64,000 nucleotides of DNA from Acidobacteriota bacterium (GCA_029263355.1 JAJCXQ010000686.1:177-64176), one strand, 5' to 3'. Positions 8,555-19,253 are shown, counted from the stretch's first letter. Notes: generated by a model from the sequence alone, not told the origin. Numbers and translations are program-made.

Positions 8555-9685
8555 TTGCTCGCTGCACCGCGAGGCCCATACACTTCGCAGGTGGTCTTGC
8601 AAGTGTCCGTTGCCCCGCGGGGTCCATCAGCGGCCCGATACAGTTCTATTGAGCGACAACTGGTAGAACTGGTCGCGGCCATGACAGGTCGAGACGAGGC
8701 CTTCTCGCAGCAATGCGAGGAGGTCCGGAATTGGGAGCGTCTGCTCGAATCCGCGCTGGAGCACGGCGTCGCGGGTGTTCTGATGCAGCGCATCGCGGAC
8801 ACCGGCATTAGCCTACCGGCAAAACCTCGCGAGGCGATTGAGCAACGTCTCGCCGTCGACCGCCTGTGGCATCGCCACATGACGGGGGACCTCAGGCAGG
8901 TCCTGCAGGCGTTCGCGGAAGACGGGTTACATACCGTGACCTTGAAAGGACCGGTGCTGAGCGAACGTCTCTACCCACGGGCAGCGCTGCGTGCTTCGGG
9001 AGATCTCGACCTGTTGGTCCGCCCCGCGGACATGGCGCAAGCCCGGGAAACCTTGATCCGCATCGGCTATTCCCCCAGACCAGGAGCACCCCTTCTTCAC
9101 GCCAGCGTCTTCGACCACTCCGGTGGCGGCAATGTCGACCTGCACTATCGCGCCTCCGACGGCTTCGCCACAACCCTGGAGGCCGAAAACCTCGTCACCC
9201 GCTCGATCCCCTACGACACGGCGGACGCGGGAAGGGCGTGGATTCTGGCGCCGGAGGACGAATTCCTCTATCTCGCCGTTCACGCCGCGCGTCACCGATT
9301 TTTGCGACTACGCTGGCTCTACGATCTACATCTTTTTGCGCAGCATCATCCCGATCTCGCCTGGGAGACGATTGCCATCCGGGCCAAGGCGCACCACGTT
9401 CAACGGGCGGTTTCAACCACCTGCGAAGCGCTCGAAAGGCTGCTGCCGGAAACGCTTCCGGAGGCGGCAAAAGCCCACCTGCGACAAGAGCCCGTTCGGT
9501 CACGCATCGTGATGGCCGTGGCGTCGCTCTCTGCCGTGGCCGACGACAGCGTTTGGCGCAAAAGCTACCGAGTCTTCTGGCACGTCACCTATCACGCCCT
9601 CCTCGGCGAAAGCAGCGTCGCCAGCATCCGGTTCTGGTGGCAGTCCCTAGCGCAGGCTGCAGCGCGGCTCTGGCGCACGCGCTAG
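8555..9685 (+). CDS. Nucleotidyltransferase-family protein (PF14907-like 'uncharacterised nucleotidyltransferase')
   Basis: KGPVLSERLYPRAALRASGDLDLLVRPADMAQARETLIRIGYSP and DLHYR... fit the PF14907 pattern; start uncertain (TTG 8555 or ATG 8681). Confidence 0.65.
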   Translation: MLAAPRGPYTSQVVLQVSVAPRGPSAARYSSIERQLVELVAAMTGRDEAFSQQCEEVRNWERLLESALEHGVAGVLMQRIADTGISLPAKPREAIEQRLAVDRLWHRHMTGDLRQVLQAFAEDGLHTVTLKGPVLSERLYPRAALRASGDLDLLVRPADMAQARETLIRIGYSPRPGAPLLHASVFDHSGGGNVDLHYRASDGFATTLEAENLVTRSIPYDTADAGRAWILAPEDEFLYLAVHAARHRFLRLRWLYDLHLFAQHHPDLAWETIAIRAKAHHVQRAVSTTCEALERLLPETLPEAAKAHLRQEPVRSRIVMAVASLSAVADDSVWRKSYRVFWHVTYHALLGESSVASIRFWWQSLAQAAARLWRTR

Positions 9686-9703
9686 CCGACCTCAGGCGAT
9701 TCA

Positions 9704-10459
9704 TCACATCCATCCGCGCCAACGATAGACCACCATTCCAAGGTATTCTTTGATGGCGCGGGTGCTGCCTTCGAGCGCTTCGGCGTCAGGCAGCCATCCT
9801 ATCCCCTCCTCAACAATCTCAAAGTCGGTAGGGGCAGCAACCACATCGACCCCAGCGGCGCGAAAGGTGGCCAGAGCCCTTGGCATGTGCAGCGCAGAAG
9901 TCACCAGCAATACTGTCTGCGGCCCTCTCTGCTCGAGCAGCACTCGAGTGAAACGGGCGTTCTCGTAAGTGGTGCGGCTCTCAGCTTCGATCAAGATCGC
10001 GTTCCGTGGGACACCAAATTCGACCAAAAGATCTGCGATCAGACTCGCCTCAGAAGCCGCATCGGGCGGTCCTCCACCAGAGGCGACGATCAACGGCGCC
10101 TTGCCGGCGGCAAACAAATGTGCCGCGTGGCGGACGCGATCCGATGCCGCCGTCAGATTGCTGGTGAGCCGCGGTGGAATCGGCCCACCGACAAAGCCAC
10201 CGAGCACCACGATCACGTCTCTCTGCGGTAAGTCCTCCGCAGCGGAGGGCGGATAACGCTGCTCCAGGGAACCTCGCAGACCGACTGAAACCACGGGCAG
10301 CGAAGGCAGCCCGAGAGTCAGCAGAGCAAGCGCCAGGCAAACCGCCACCCACAGCCGGCGACGACGCCAAAGGGCCAGGGCGGCGAGGATCAACAGGCCG
10401 AGGCCTGCGGGCAGCGGATAAACCACTGCGGAGACGGCGCCGAAAAAGAAGTCAGTCAC
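9704..10459 (-). CDS. YdcF/DUF218 (SanA/ElyC-like) family membrane-anchored protein
   Basis: N-terminal TM; VIVVLGGFVGG...RVRHAAHLFAAGKAPLIVASGG...LLVTSALHMPRALATFRAAGVDVV characteristic of DUF218. Confidence 0.8.
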   Translation of the reverse strand: MTDFFFGAVSAVVYPLPAGLGLLILAALALWRRRRLWVAVCLALALLTLGLPSLPVVSVGLRGSLEQRYPPSAAEDLPQRDVIVVLGGFVGGPIPPRLTSNLTAASDRVRHAAHLFAAGKAPLIVASGGGPPDAASEASLIADLLVEFGVPRNAILIEAESRTTYENARFTRVLLEQRGPQTVLLVTSALHMPRALATFRAAGVDVVAAPTDFEIVEEGIGWLPDAEALEGSTRAIKEYLGMVVYRWRGWM

Positions 10460-10468
10460 TGCACGGTG

Positions 10469-11638
10469 CTACTGGAGAATCTCCGCCAAGATCTTCCATC
10501 GACCGTCCTCTTCCACCAGCTCGAGGATCTTGTTGGCGGCGACTTTGATGGTGTCGGATCGGTAGAGCTGCCGGAGCTGCACCCTTGCCGATCCAGCTTC
10601 CATGGCGAGAATCTCCGGATTCTCCACCGTCACCTCGATGAAGCTCGGACCTTGGATCCGGGCTCGTCGGTGACTCTCCCATTCACTGCGGCTCTGTCCT
10701 TCCGGCGGCTGGAATCCGGGAGCGTAGAAGGCGAGGTAGTCGTCCACTCGCTGATCCGACCAGGCCCCGGCCCAATCCCGAACCATGGCTAGGACTTTCG
10801 CCTTCCGTGACGCGGGCGCGTCCGGTTGGGGTAGCGATTCAGGTATCTCGGTCGTAGGTGTCTCGAGTTCAGGCGATCCACCCGTCTCAGGCGGCACCTC
10901 GTCTTCAGTCGACACCTCGATCTCAGGCGGCCCCTCGACCTCTGGCGACGCCTCAGTCTCTGGACAGCGTTCTGCTATCCGGAGCCGGCTCAACTCGGAC
11001 CGAGTGACAGCCAACTCGTCTAGCAGCTTCCGTTGCGCGATATCAGCCAACCCTAGCTGTCGCGTCAAACCGGCGATATCCGCCTGCGCCTTGTTCAGTT
11101 CGTCTTGTAGCGCTTGCTGCCTGGCAGCGAATTCCGCCGACTCCTCTTGATCCCTAGAAGCAACTTCCTCGGTCTCGGAACGAAGGGCCGACTCACTTTC
11201 AACGGTTAGCCCAGCCTCCTCCGAGCCGCTCGGGGGCCGGGGAAGATCAAACTCGACGAGATAGCTCGGACGCACCACAACCTCGCCGTTGATCTCCAGC
11301 AACGATTGAGAGTCTTCCACCTCGACCAGCGTCCCCTCGCCGACATCGATTCTCTTGGTCTCCGCGCCAACAGTGAGCTGATAATAAATCAGCCCGACAT
11401 CACCAACCTCAAGGCCCGCCATCCGACCCTTGTCGATGGTGGCAACACCTTGATGGACACTCGAGATCGTGACGATGAGCGTTAGGATTGTTTCGGTAAT
11501 CACCAATTTGACCCCTTCTAGAGCCATTATAGCGAGCAGCGTCGGATCGCCGATCCCGACTCCATCGAGCGCAGAGTGCTCGACTTTGAACGCTCCAGAA
11601 TCGCGTCGCGGAAGCTTGCAGAGGCCAGCTGGACCCAT
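10469..11638 (-). CDS. Hypothetical protein with coiled-coil centre, Pro/Glu-rich linker and C-terminal alpha+beta (NTF2/SnoaL-like?) domain; start uncertain
   Basis: Long ORF; QQALQDELNKAQADIAGLTRQLGLADIAQRKLLDELAVTRSELSRL coiled coil; C-term VLAMVRDWAGAWSDQRVDDYLAFYAPGF...WKI. Confidence 0.5.
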   Translation of the reverse strand: MGPAGLCKLPRRDSGAFKVEHSALDGVGIGDPTLLAIMALEGVKLVITETILTLIVTISSVHQGVATIDKGRMAGLEVGDVGLIYYQLTVGAETKRIDVGEGTLVEVEDSQSLLEINGEVVVRPSYLVEFDLPRPPSGSEEAGLTVESESALRSETEEVASRDQEESAEFAARQQALQDELNKAQADIAGLTRQLGLADIAQRKLLDELAVTRSELSRLRIAERCPETEASPEVEGPPEIEVSTEDEVPPETGGSPELETPTTEIPESLPQPDAPASRKAKVLAMVRDWAGAWSDQRVDDYLAFYAPGFQPPEGQSRSEWESHRRARIQGPSFIEVTVENPEILAMEAGSARVQLRQLYRSDTIKVAANKILELVEEDGRWKILAEILQ

Positions 11639-11686
11639 CAGAGCACAGCGCCTTTGCCTTGAATGAGGCTTTGCAGTCCGAAAAAT

Positions 11687-12100
11687 AACGTTCTAGTTTT
11701 TTCTAGCCGTTACTGACGTTTTACAACTAACGTTTCTGTTCATCTTGAACGTTATTGACATTTTACCAACAACCTTCAAGGCCAGGCGGAATAACTAATG
11801 ACGTTCTGCCAGTAACGCCACGGCCCAACTTGATCGTTATTGGCATTCTACTGAAAACGGTCAGGGCCAAGCCTGAACGCTATTGGCAAACGGCAATAAC
11901 AACTCAGTCGCTCTTGATCGTTATTGGCATTTTACCCAGTAACGTCACAGCGGATCTTGATCGTTATTGGCAAATTGCCAACAACAGCTCAAACGAACTT
12001 GATCGTTATTGGCATTTACCCAGTAACGATCCGGCTGGTCCTGAGCGTTATCGGCAAATTGCCAATAACGATCGAGACGTACTCAAACGTTATTAAAGCT
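11687..12100. repeat. AT-rich array of imperfect direct repeats built on a palindrome CGTTATTGGCAA-A-TTGCCAATAACG (12-bp arms), abutting the tRNA-Ser 3' end
   Basis: Copies of CTTGATCGTTATTGGCA at ~11829, 11914, 11958, 12000; near-perfect 25-bp palindrome at 12046..12070; variants CGTTATTGGCATTTTACCCAGTAACG; local GC ~45% vs ~65% flanks. Confidence 0.7.
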
Positions 12101-12105
12101 CTATG

Positions 12106-12195
12106 TGGCGGAGAGAGTGGGATTCGAACCCACGGACCACGTGAATGGTCAACGGTTTTCAAGACCGTCGCTTTCGGCCGCTCAGCCATCTCTCC
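12106..12195 (-). tRNA. tRNA-Ser (anticodon UGA), type II with long variable arm, CCA encoded
   Basis: 90-nt cloverleaf: acceptor GGAGAGA/TCTCTCC, anticodon stem ACGGT/ACCGT loop CTTGAAA (UGA), variable arm TGACCATTCACGTGGTCC, T-arm GTGGG-TTCGAAT-CCCAC, 3' GCCA. Confidence 0.93.
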
Positions 12196-12216
12196 GGCGA
12201 TTGGACCTGCCCCAGC

Positions 12217-13549
<1,333 letters not shown>

Positions 13550-13747
13550 CACGTTGTGGAGTTATTTATCTCATAGTATGAGCTGGTTCCACGCGGCTTG
13601 CCCATCCTCGAGCCGAGGATTCCAAACCTCGCTCATTCACACTAGAATATTGCCTGAGAGCATATTCAAGTACTCGCACCGGCCGCTTTCCTCGCTCAGC
13701 GACACCCATCTATCTCACTCTCGAGCTGCAACACCCGAGCCACCCTG

Positions 13748-14710
13748 ATGTCCGAATCCCTCGCCTTGAGCATCGTCGTGCCGATCTTCAACGAGCGCGA
13801 CAACTTACAAGATCTCCACGCTGAGCTGATGGGTGTCTTGGTCGATGGTTATGATGGCTACGAAGTGATCTATGTCGACGACGGCAGTACCGACGGCTCG
13901 GCAGCTATCCTGGCCGAGCTTGTCGCAAGCGAACCTACTGCGATCGCGGTGTTCCTGCGTCGCAACTACGGCCAGACCGCCGCCTTCGCAGCGGGCTTCG
14001 CTCAGGCGCGCGGAGAAATCGTGGTGACGATGGACGGTGATCTACAAAATGATCCCAAGGACATCCCGAACCTGCTCGCCAGGTTGGACGAAGGGGCCGA
14101 CGTGGTGAGCGGTTGGCGAGTGGATCGACAGGACACTCTGATACGGAGGCTGCCATCAATGCTGGCCAACCGCCTGATCTCGGCGGTGACCGGGGTTCAC
14201 CTGCACGACTATGGTTGTTCGCTCAAGGCCTATCGTTTGGAGATCTTGAAGGACGTGCGTCTATATGGCGAGATGCACCGATTCTTGCCAGCGCTGTGCC
14301 ACTGGCAAGGTGCGACGATCGCCGAGGTCGAAACCCGCCATCGCCCCCGTACCCGGGGCATCTCGAAGTACGGCATTGGCCGCACGCTGCGGGTGATCAT
14401 GGATCTGCTGACCGTCAAGTTCCTGATGAGTTTCTCTACCCGGCCCTTACACGTTTTCGGCAGTGTAGGCTTGATCTCGCTGGCGCTCGGAATGGCGGTC
14501 AACCTTTACCTCACTTTTCAGAAACTGGTACTCGGTATGGCGATCGGCAATCGGCCGTTGTTGCTGCTCGGTGTATTGTTGCTGTTCACTGGGTTTCAAT
14601 TCATGAGTATGGGCCTGCTGGGCGAGATGCTGGCCCGCATCTACCATGAGTCTCAGCAGAAGCCCATTTACTCGATTCGACGGATACTCTCGGGGACACC
14701 CAAAGTATGA
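13748..14710 (+). CDS. GT2 polyprenyl-phosphate glycosyltransferase (GtrB/ArnC/Dpm1-like)
   Basis: LSIVVPIFNERDNL...YEVIYVDDGSTDGS...TMDGDLQNDP; two C-terminal TM helices typical of GtrB-like enzymes. Confidence 0.88.
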   Translation: MSESLALSIVVPIFNERDNLQDLHAELMGVLVDGYDGYEVIYVDDGSTDGSAAILAELVASEPTAIAVFLRRNYGQTAAFAAGFAQARGEIVVTMDGDLQNDPKDIPNLLARLDEGADVVSGWRVDRQDTLIRRLPSMLANRLISAVTGVHLHDYGCSLKAYRLEILKDVRLYGEMHRFLPALCHWQGATIAEVETRHRPRTRGISKYGIGRTLRVIMDLLTVKFLMSFSTRPLHVFGSVGLISLALGMAVNLYLTFQKLVLGMAIGNRPLLLLGVLLLFTGFQFMSMGLLGEMLARIYHESQQKPIYSIRRILSGTPKV

Positions 14711-15405
14711 CCACTGTGCGTAGCTCGGAATATGCCGAGAAGGGCGACTATCACCGCCATCTCGATAAGAACTGGCGCTTCTACCCGATTTATGTCGCCA
14801 AGATGGCACGGGTACGCGAGCAACTTGAAAAACTGCCGGCAGACGCCAAGATCGCCGACCTGGGTTGTGGCGAAGGTATCCTGGTGGAAGAGCTACGAGA
14901 CCAGGGACGCGATGCGATCGGCATCGATCTCAACTACGAGTCTGAAGCTGTCATCAAAGATGACATCACCCAGACTCGGTTCGACAGTGAGTCATTCGAC
15001 GCCATTCTCTGTCTCGACGTGCTGGAGCATCTGCAGTTCGACGACCAAGTCAAAGCACTGAGTGAAATCTATCGCTTGCTGCGGCCAGGAGGTCGCTTGA
15101 TCGCGACGCTGCCCAACTTGGCGCATTTTTCGTCACGCTTCTCGTTCTTGCTGCTGGGACGGCTGCTGCGAACCTCGGAGGTCGAGCGCCACCCGGGGGA
15201 CCGTCCGATCGCCGAATACATTGATCTGATCGAGTCCAACTTCGTGATCGAGCACCGCAAAGGGATCTTCCCAACCTTCCCTTTGACACTCTACTTGACC
15301 GTCAAGATCCCCAGCAAAGTGGTGGGATGGCACCGCTTCCTCAACGCGTTTTTCGCGGTGCCCGGCTGGTGTTTCTTGAACCTGCTGGTCTGCCGCAAGA
15401 AATAA
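14707..15405 (+). CDS. Class I SAM-dependent methyltransferase
   Basis: IADLGCGEGILVEEL (motif I), LRPGGRLIATLPN; ATGA overlap with upstream GT2. Confidence 0.8.
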   Translation: MTTVRSSEYAEKGDYHRHLDKNWRFYPIYVAKMARVREQLEKLPADAKIADLGCGEGILVEELRDQGRDAIGIDLNYESEAVIKDDITQTRFDSESFDAILCLDVLEHLQFDDQVKALSEIYRLLRPGGRLIATLPNLAHFSSRFSFLLLGRLLRTSEVERHPGDRPIAEYIDLIESNFVIEHRKGIFPTFPLTLYLTVKIPSKVVGWHRFLNAFFAVPGWCFLNLLVCRKK

Positions 15406-15409
15406 CGCG

Positions 15410-17368
15410 TCACTCAACGTCGAAACGGATCGGCTCGATGCTCATCGGTAACGGGTAGAACATCGGATCACCTTCGAAGCGAACCACGACACGGACCTCG
15501 CCGATTCCGGGATCGTCTGCTCCCTCACCCGTGGCTGTGATCACATAACCCTCCCAGCCCGCGGTCAACGCGTCGCGACGGAAACTCTTCGCCACGTCGG
15601 TACGATGGACGCCGAGCACCAGCTCACCACAGATGGCGCCTCGACGATCGAGCACCAGAACCTCGGCAACCCTAGCGCCCGACCTGTAAGCCCAACCTCC
15701 AAGGCGAACAAAGTTCGCGCTGATCCGAGTCGAACGGTCGACGTAACCCGCCATGTCCTCTAGTAGCCGATCCGCCAGACGCTCAGGCTCGATCAGTTCA
15801 CCGAGACGCAGGGGCCAGGGGCGATCGAACGGCACGTGCCCCGTGCGCTCGAGGTAGGCGCGACGCATCCACACATGCTCAGGCCAGGGCGCGACTGTCG
15901 CCTCGATGATCTCGTTGTCTGGCACGCCGTGGACCACTGCAAGGGCAGCGACAGGCTGCCGTGCGCCCCGCGCCACAAAACGATCCACCACCGGACCTCC
16001 GCGAAGGTGCATCGCCGTCGCCAGCCCTGCCACCAACGCCAACAGCAGAACCGCACCTACGACCCGAACAGGCGGCTGGGAAGGCCGATAACGCCACGCC
16101 AGCAGCCCGATCGAGGTCAGCAGGCCGATCCAGAACAGTGCCGCCAGCGAGCCGTAACGAGACGACATCGCTTGCGCTTCGCCGAACCCGGAACGGCCGA
16201 CGGCAGTCATCAACGCGTTACCTAAACCGTAGGCCTGAATCATCAACCACGGCGCCATCTCGACACGTAAAGACTTAGAGCTGAACGATAGCAGGACACA
16301 GCCCGCGACCACCAAGCCACTGGCCGCGATCGCGATCAGCCCGATCGTCCGTGCGGTCACCAACTCGCCGGAGAAGATCGAGCCCAGATAAACCGCCGCG
16401 TAACGTAACAACGACGTGGGATGACGAGTCTGTAACTCAGGGTGGTAGGGCAGCGACTCGTAGGACAGAGCGAAGAGAGCGACCACCAAACCCATTCCGC
16501 CGCCGAGCAGTAACAGGCGACGCCAGCTCAAACGCAGAAACACCCCGCCAGCGATCAACACCGGCCACAGAATCAAGTGAGTGCTGTGGCTGAAGGCGGC
16601 GGCGATGCCGAACAACAGCACCGGCCATACCGCCCACATCGTGCCGATCTCGGCACGCCGAGTCAAAGCAACGATCGCAGCAACCGCCAGCACATTGGCA
16701 AAGAACCAAATACTGCCACTGAATCCCATCGCCACGTTATGCGCCGCAACTGGCGAAAAACAGAACAACGCCACACCCAAGCCGAAGGTGACCTTGCCCC
16801 AAGGGCTGGCACGAAGTGCCGATGGCAGAGCCGAGACCAAAAGCACCAGTTCCAAGGTCAACAGCAGCAGAGAGAAAAATGTCAGGCCAAGATTGTGGCC
16901 GTTGGTGAGCAGGATGTTGAGAGCGTAAACCAACAACGGCAGTGAAGCGCGGTGCTCGTTCGACTTCAGATTCAGCCAATGCACCGGATCAACCGACAGG
17001 CCACCGCCTTCAGCTTCGCCGCCAACTTCGATCATGTCGCCCAGGATGGCGTAATAATCGTTGTGCTGCATTCGGCCGAAGCTCGAAAATTCGCCTAGGT
17101 AAACGACGATCGGCGACACAATTATCAGCCAGGTCACCATGCTGACGAGCAGCTTCGATCGCCGAACTGCGGGCACAGATCCCGAATGAGATTCACCACG
17201 TGGCGAGTCGACACGTGGCGAGTCAGCTTGTGACGAAACGTCTTCAGAGGACATCATGAGCTCGATGCATCGGGTCTTGGCGTGGCGGATGGACGAATCG
17301 TCAGCGGGCAGGCGGGGGTGGGATGCCGATGCAGTGTAACCACCGCTTTCGAAAAGCGTCAATAGCAC
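15410..17368 (-). CDS. Polytopic membrane protein with C-terminal soluble domain (putative glycosyltransferase-like; paralog of 17382..19190); true start probably ~17260
   Basis: ~10 TM helices; strong similarity to adjacent paralog (PVAAHNVAMGFSGSIWFFANVLAVAAI... / HSTHLILWPVLIAGGVFLRL); 5' region contains the duplicated promoter-like motif. Confidence 0.6.
   Translation of the reverse strand: MLLTLFESGGYTASASHPRLPADDSSIRHAKTRCIELMMSSEDVSSQADSPRVDSPRGESHSGSVPAVRRSKLLVSMVTWLIIVSPIVVYLGEFSSFGRMQHNDYYAILGDMIEVGGEAEGGGLSVDPVHWLNLKSNEHRASLPLLVYALNILLTNGHNLGLTFFSLLLLTLELVLLVSALPSALRASPWGKVTFGLGVALFCFSPVAAHNVAMGFSGSIWFFANVLAVAAIVALTRRAEIGTMWAVWPVLLFGIAAAFSHSTHLILWPVLIAGGVFLRLSWRRLLLLGGGMGLVVALFALSYESLPYHPELQTRHPTSLLRYAAVYLGSIFSGELVTARTIGLIAIAASGLVVAGCVLLSFSSKSLRVEMAPWLMIQAYGLGNALMTAVGRSGFGEAQAMSSRYGSLAALFWIGLLTSIGLLAWRYRPSQPPVRVVGAVLLLALVAGLATAMHLRGGPVVDRFVARGARQPVAALAVVHGVPDNEIIEATVAPWPEHVWMRRAYLERTGHVPFDRPWPLRLGELIEPERLADRLLEDMAGYVDRSTRISANFVRLGGWAYRSGARVAEVLVLDRRGAICGELVLGVHRTDVAKSFRRDALTAGWEGYVITATGEGADDPGIGEVRVVVRFEGDPMFYPLPMSIEPIRFDVE
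17332..17363 (-). promoter_or_regulatory. Copy 2 of the 32-bp promoter-like motif (TTGACG-N18-TACACT) upstream of the membrane-protein gene
   Basis: CAGTGTAACCACCGCTTTCGAAAAGCGTCAAT (plus strand) vs copy 1 CAGTGTATCCACCGCTCGCGAAAAGCGTCAAT, 28/32 identical. Confidence 0.45.
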
Positions 17369-17381
17369 ACCGGATCCGTGG

Positions 17382-19190
17382 TTAGTTGCCGCCCTCAGGA
17401 CCGATGAGCAGTTGCTCAGTCACGCTCTCTCGGGTCGGCAACGGGTAGAAGAGAGGATCCCCGGCCAACCGCACCCAGGACCTGAGCTGCCCAGACTTGG
17501 AATCGACTCGGGCATATCCTTCCCAGCCGGCAACCAACGCCTCGTCTCCTACCCGCTGTCGCAGCTCCGGACGGTGAATGCCGGTGAATATCTCGCCCCG
17601 ATAGACCCCCCCTTTGTCCAGAACGATGACTTCGGCCACCGCCGACGATCGACTGTAGGCCCAACCGCTCGGCCGAACAAAGCCGCCGTGGAGACCCTGA
17701 GTCAAGCGCTCGAATTCGCCCTGGAGCTGAGGATGGGGCTGATCACTCAAGAGTGAGGCTTCGATCCGCTCACCTAGACGCCAACGATATGGGCGATGGA
17801 ACGGCACATGGCCAGAGGCCTTCATGAAGTTGTAGACACGGTACATTTGGCGCGGCGCGGGGGTGACAGCACGGCTGAAGATATAGTCGTCGGCGATACC
17901 CAAATGCAACGCCAAAGCCGCGACAGGCTGGCGACTTCCGCGTGCCAGAAAGCGGTCCATCACCGATGCCCCTCGAACATGCATCGCGACCGCCGCGCCC
18001 ACAGCCAGGCTGATCAGTCCCACCGCGACACCGACTCTGCCCAACCTCGAGTTGGGGCGCAGTCGCCAGCCTATGATGCCGAAAGGTATCAACAAGCCTA
18101 CCCAGAACAGAGCGGCCATCGACGCATAACGCGACGCCAACGCCTGCTCCATGCCGAACCCAGCGCGCCCGATAGCAGCCATGGCAGCGTTGCCAAGGCC
18201 ATAAAGCTGGATCATCAGCCAAGGCGCCAGGTCGGTACGCAAGTCCTTTGAGGGCAGTGTCTTCCATACCCATGGAAGACAGACCATGAGTGCCAGACTA
18301 ATGACGCTGCCAAGCATAGCGACACTTCCCACCACTCGAGCGAGGTTGACATCCGCACTGAACAGCCCTCCAAGATACACCGCCGTGTAGCTCAGCAGCG
18401 TCGATATTCCGCGGGTGGTCGGGGCAGGATGACTGGCGAGAGATTGGTAGGTAAAAACAAAGAGAGCCAGGATCCAAGTCGCGCCGGCGGCCAGGAGAAT
18501 CAGCCGGCGGAACCTCAAACGAAGAAACAGGGCTCCGACGAGCACAGCAGGCCACAACATCAGATGTGTGCTGTGGGTGAAGGCTCCCAAGGTACCCAGC
18601 AACAACACTGGCCACAGCGTCCAGTAGCTACCGCGCTCAGCCCTCCAACTCAAGACAGCAATAGCGGCAACGGACAACGCATTGGCAAAGAACCAAATGG
18701 ACCCGCTGAAGCCCATTGCCACGCTGTGCGCCGCAACCGGCGTAAAACAAAACAGCGCCAGCGTAAAACCGAAGCCGGTGCGTAGCCAACCGTTCGCTCG
18801 CAGGTCCGTCGGCAGCAGGCGCACCATGATAACCAGAGTGACCGCCAACAAGAGAAGCGAGAAGGCTGTCAAGCCGAGGTTGTGACCATCGGCTAGAGCC
18901 ATGTTCGCAACGTACACCAGCACCGGCAGGCTGACTCGATGTTCATTGGCTTTGAGGTTCAGCCAACGCGCCGGCTGGTACGAGATCTCCTCGCCCTCGA
19001 CAATACGATGCAAAATACCGTAGTAGTCATTACCCTGAAGCTCACCAAATTCTGGGACCTTGGCCAGGTAGACGGTCAGAGGTAAGAAGATGACGAGCCA
19101 TGTAAAGACGCTTAGACTCCAGGTCGCCGCACGACGCGGATACAGACTCGTCAAAACAAATTGGGTCCATTGGACAGAATGTTTCGTCAT
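17382..19190 (-). CDS. Polytopic membrane protein with C-terminal soluble domain (paralog of 15410..17368)
   Basis: PVAAHSVAMGFSGSIWFFANALSVAAIAVL..., HSTHLMLWPAVLVGALFLRL; C-terminal domain also conserved (AGWEGY...GDPLFYPLP). Confidence 0.65.
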   Translation of the reverse strand: MTKHSVQWTQFVLTSLYPRRAATWSLSVFTWLVIFLPLTVYLAKVPEFGELQGNDYYGILHRIVEGEEISYQPARWLNLKANEHRVSLPVLVYVANMALADGHNLGLTAFSLLLLAVTLVIMVRLLPTDLRANGWLRTGFGFTLALFCFTPVAAHSVAMGFSGSIWFFANALSVAAIAVLSWRAERGSYWTLWPVLLLGTLGAFTHSTHLMLWPAVLVGALFLRLRFRRLILLAAGATWILALFVFTYQSLASHPAPTTRGISTLLSYTAVYLGGLFSADVNLARVVGSVAMLGSVISLALMVCLPWVWKTLPSKDLRTDLAPWLMIQLYGLGNAAMAAIGRAGFGMEQALASRYASMAALFWVGLLIPFGIIGWRLRPNSRLGRVGVAVGLISLAVGAAVAMHVRGASVMDRFLARGSRQPVAALALHLGIADDYIFSRAVTPAPRQMYRVYNFMKASGHVPFHRPYRWRLGERIEASLLSDQPHPQLQGEFERLTQGLHGGFVRPSGWAYSRSSAVAEVIVLDKGGVYRGEIFTGIHRPELRQRVGDEALVAGWEGYARVDSKSGQLRSWVRLAGDPLFYPLPTRESVTEQLLIGPEGGN

Positions 19191-19236
19191 GTCTCGCTTT
19201 GATGAGGGCCAGGCTGAAATTATTGGGATAACGACT

Positions 19237-19253
19237 TATGCTTGAAAAGCATA
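19237..19253. promoter_or_regulatory. Perfect dyad TATGCTT-gaa-AAGCATA in divergent promoter region
   Basis: 7-bp inverted repeat with 3-bp spacer in AT-rich intergenic region between 17382..19190(-) and 19393..(+) operon. Confidence 0.35.

Noticed and set aside
11687-12100. CRISPR array
   Set aside because: Repeats are imperfect, irregularly spaced (43-90 bp) and are internally palindromic half-sites. No cas genes are nearby.
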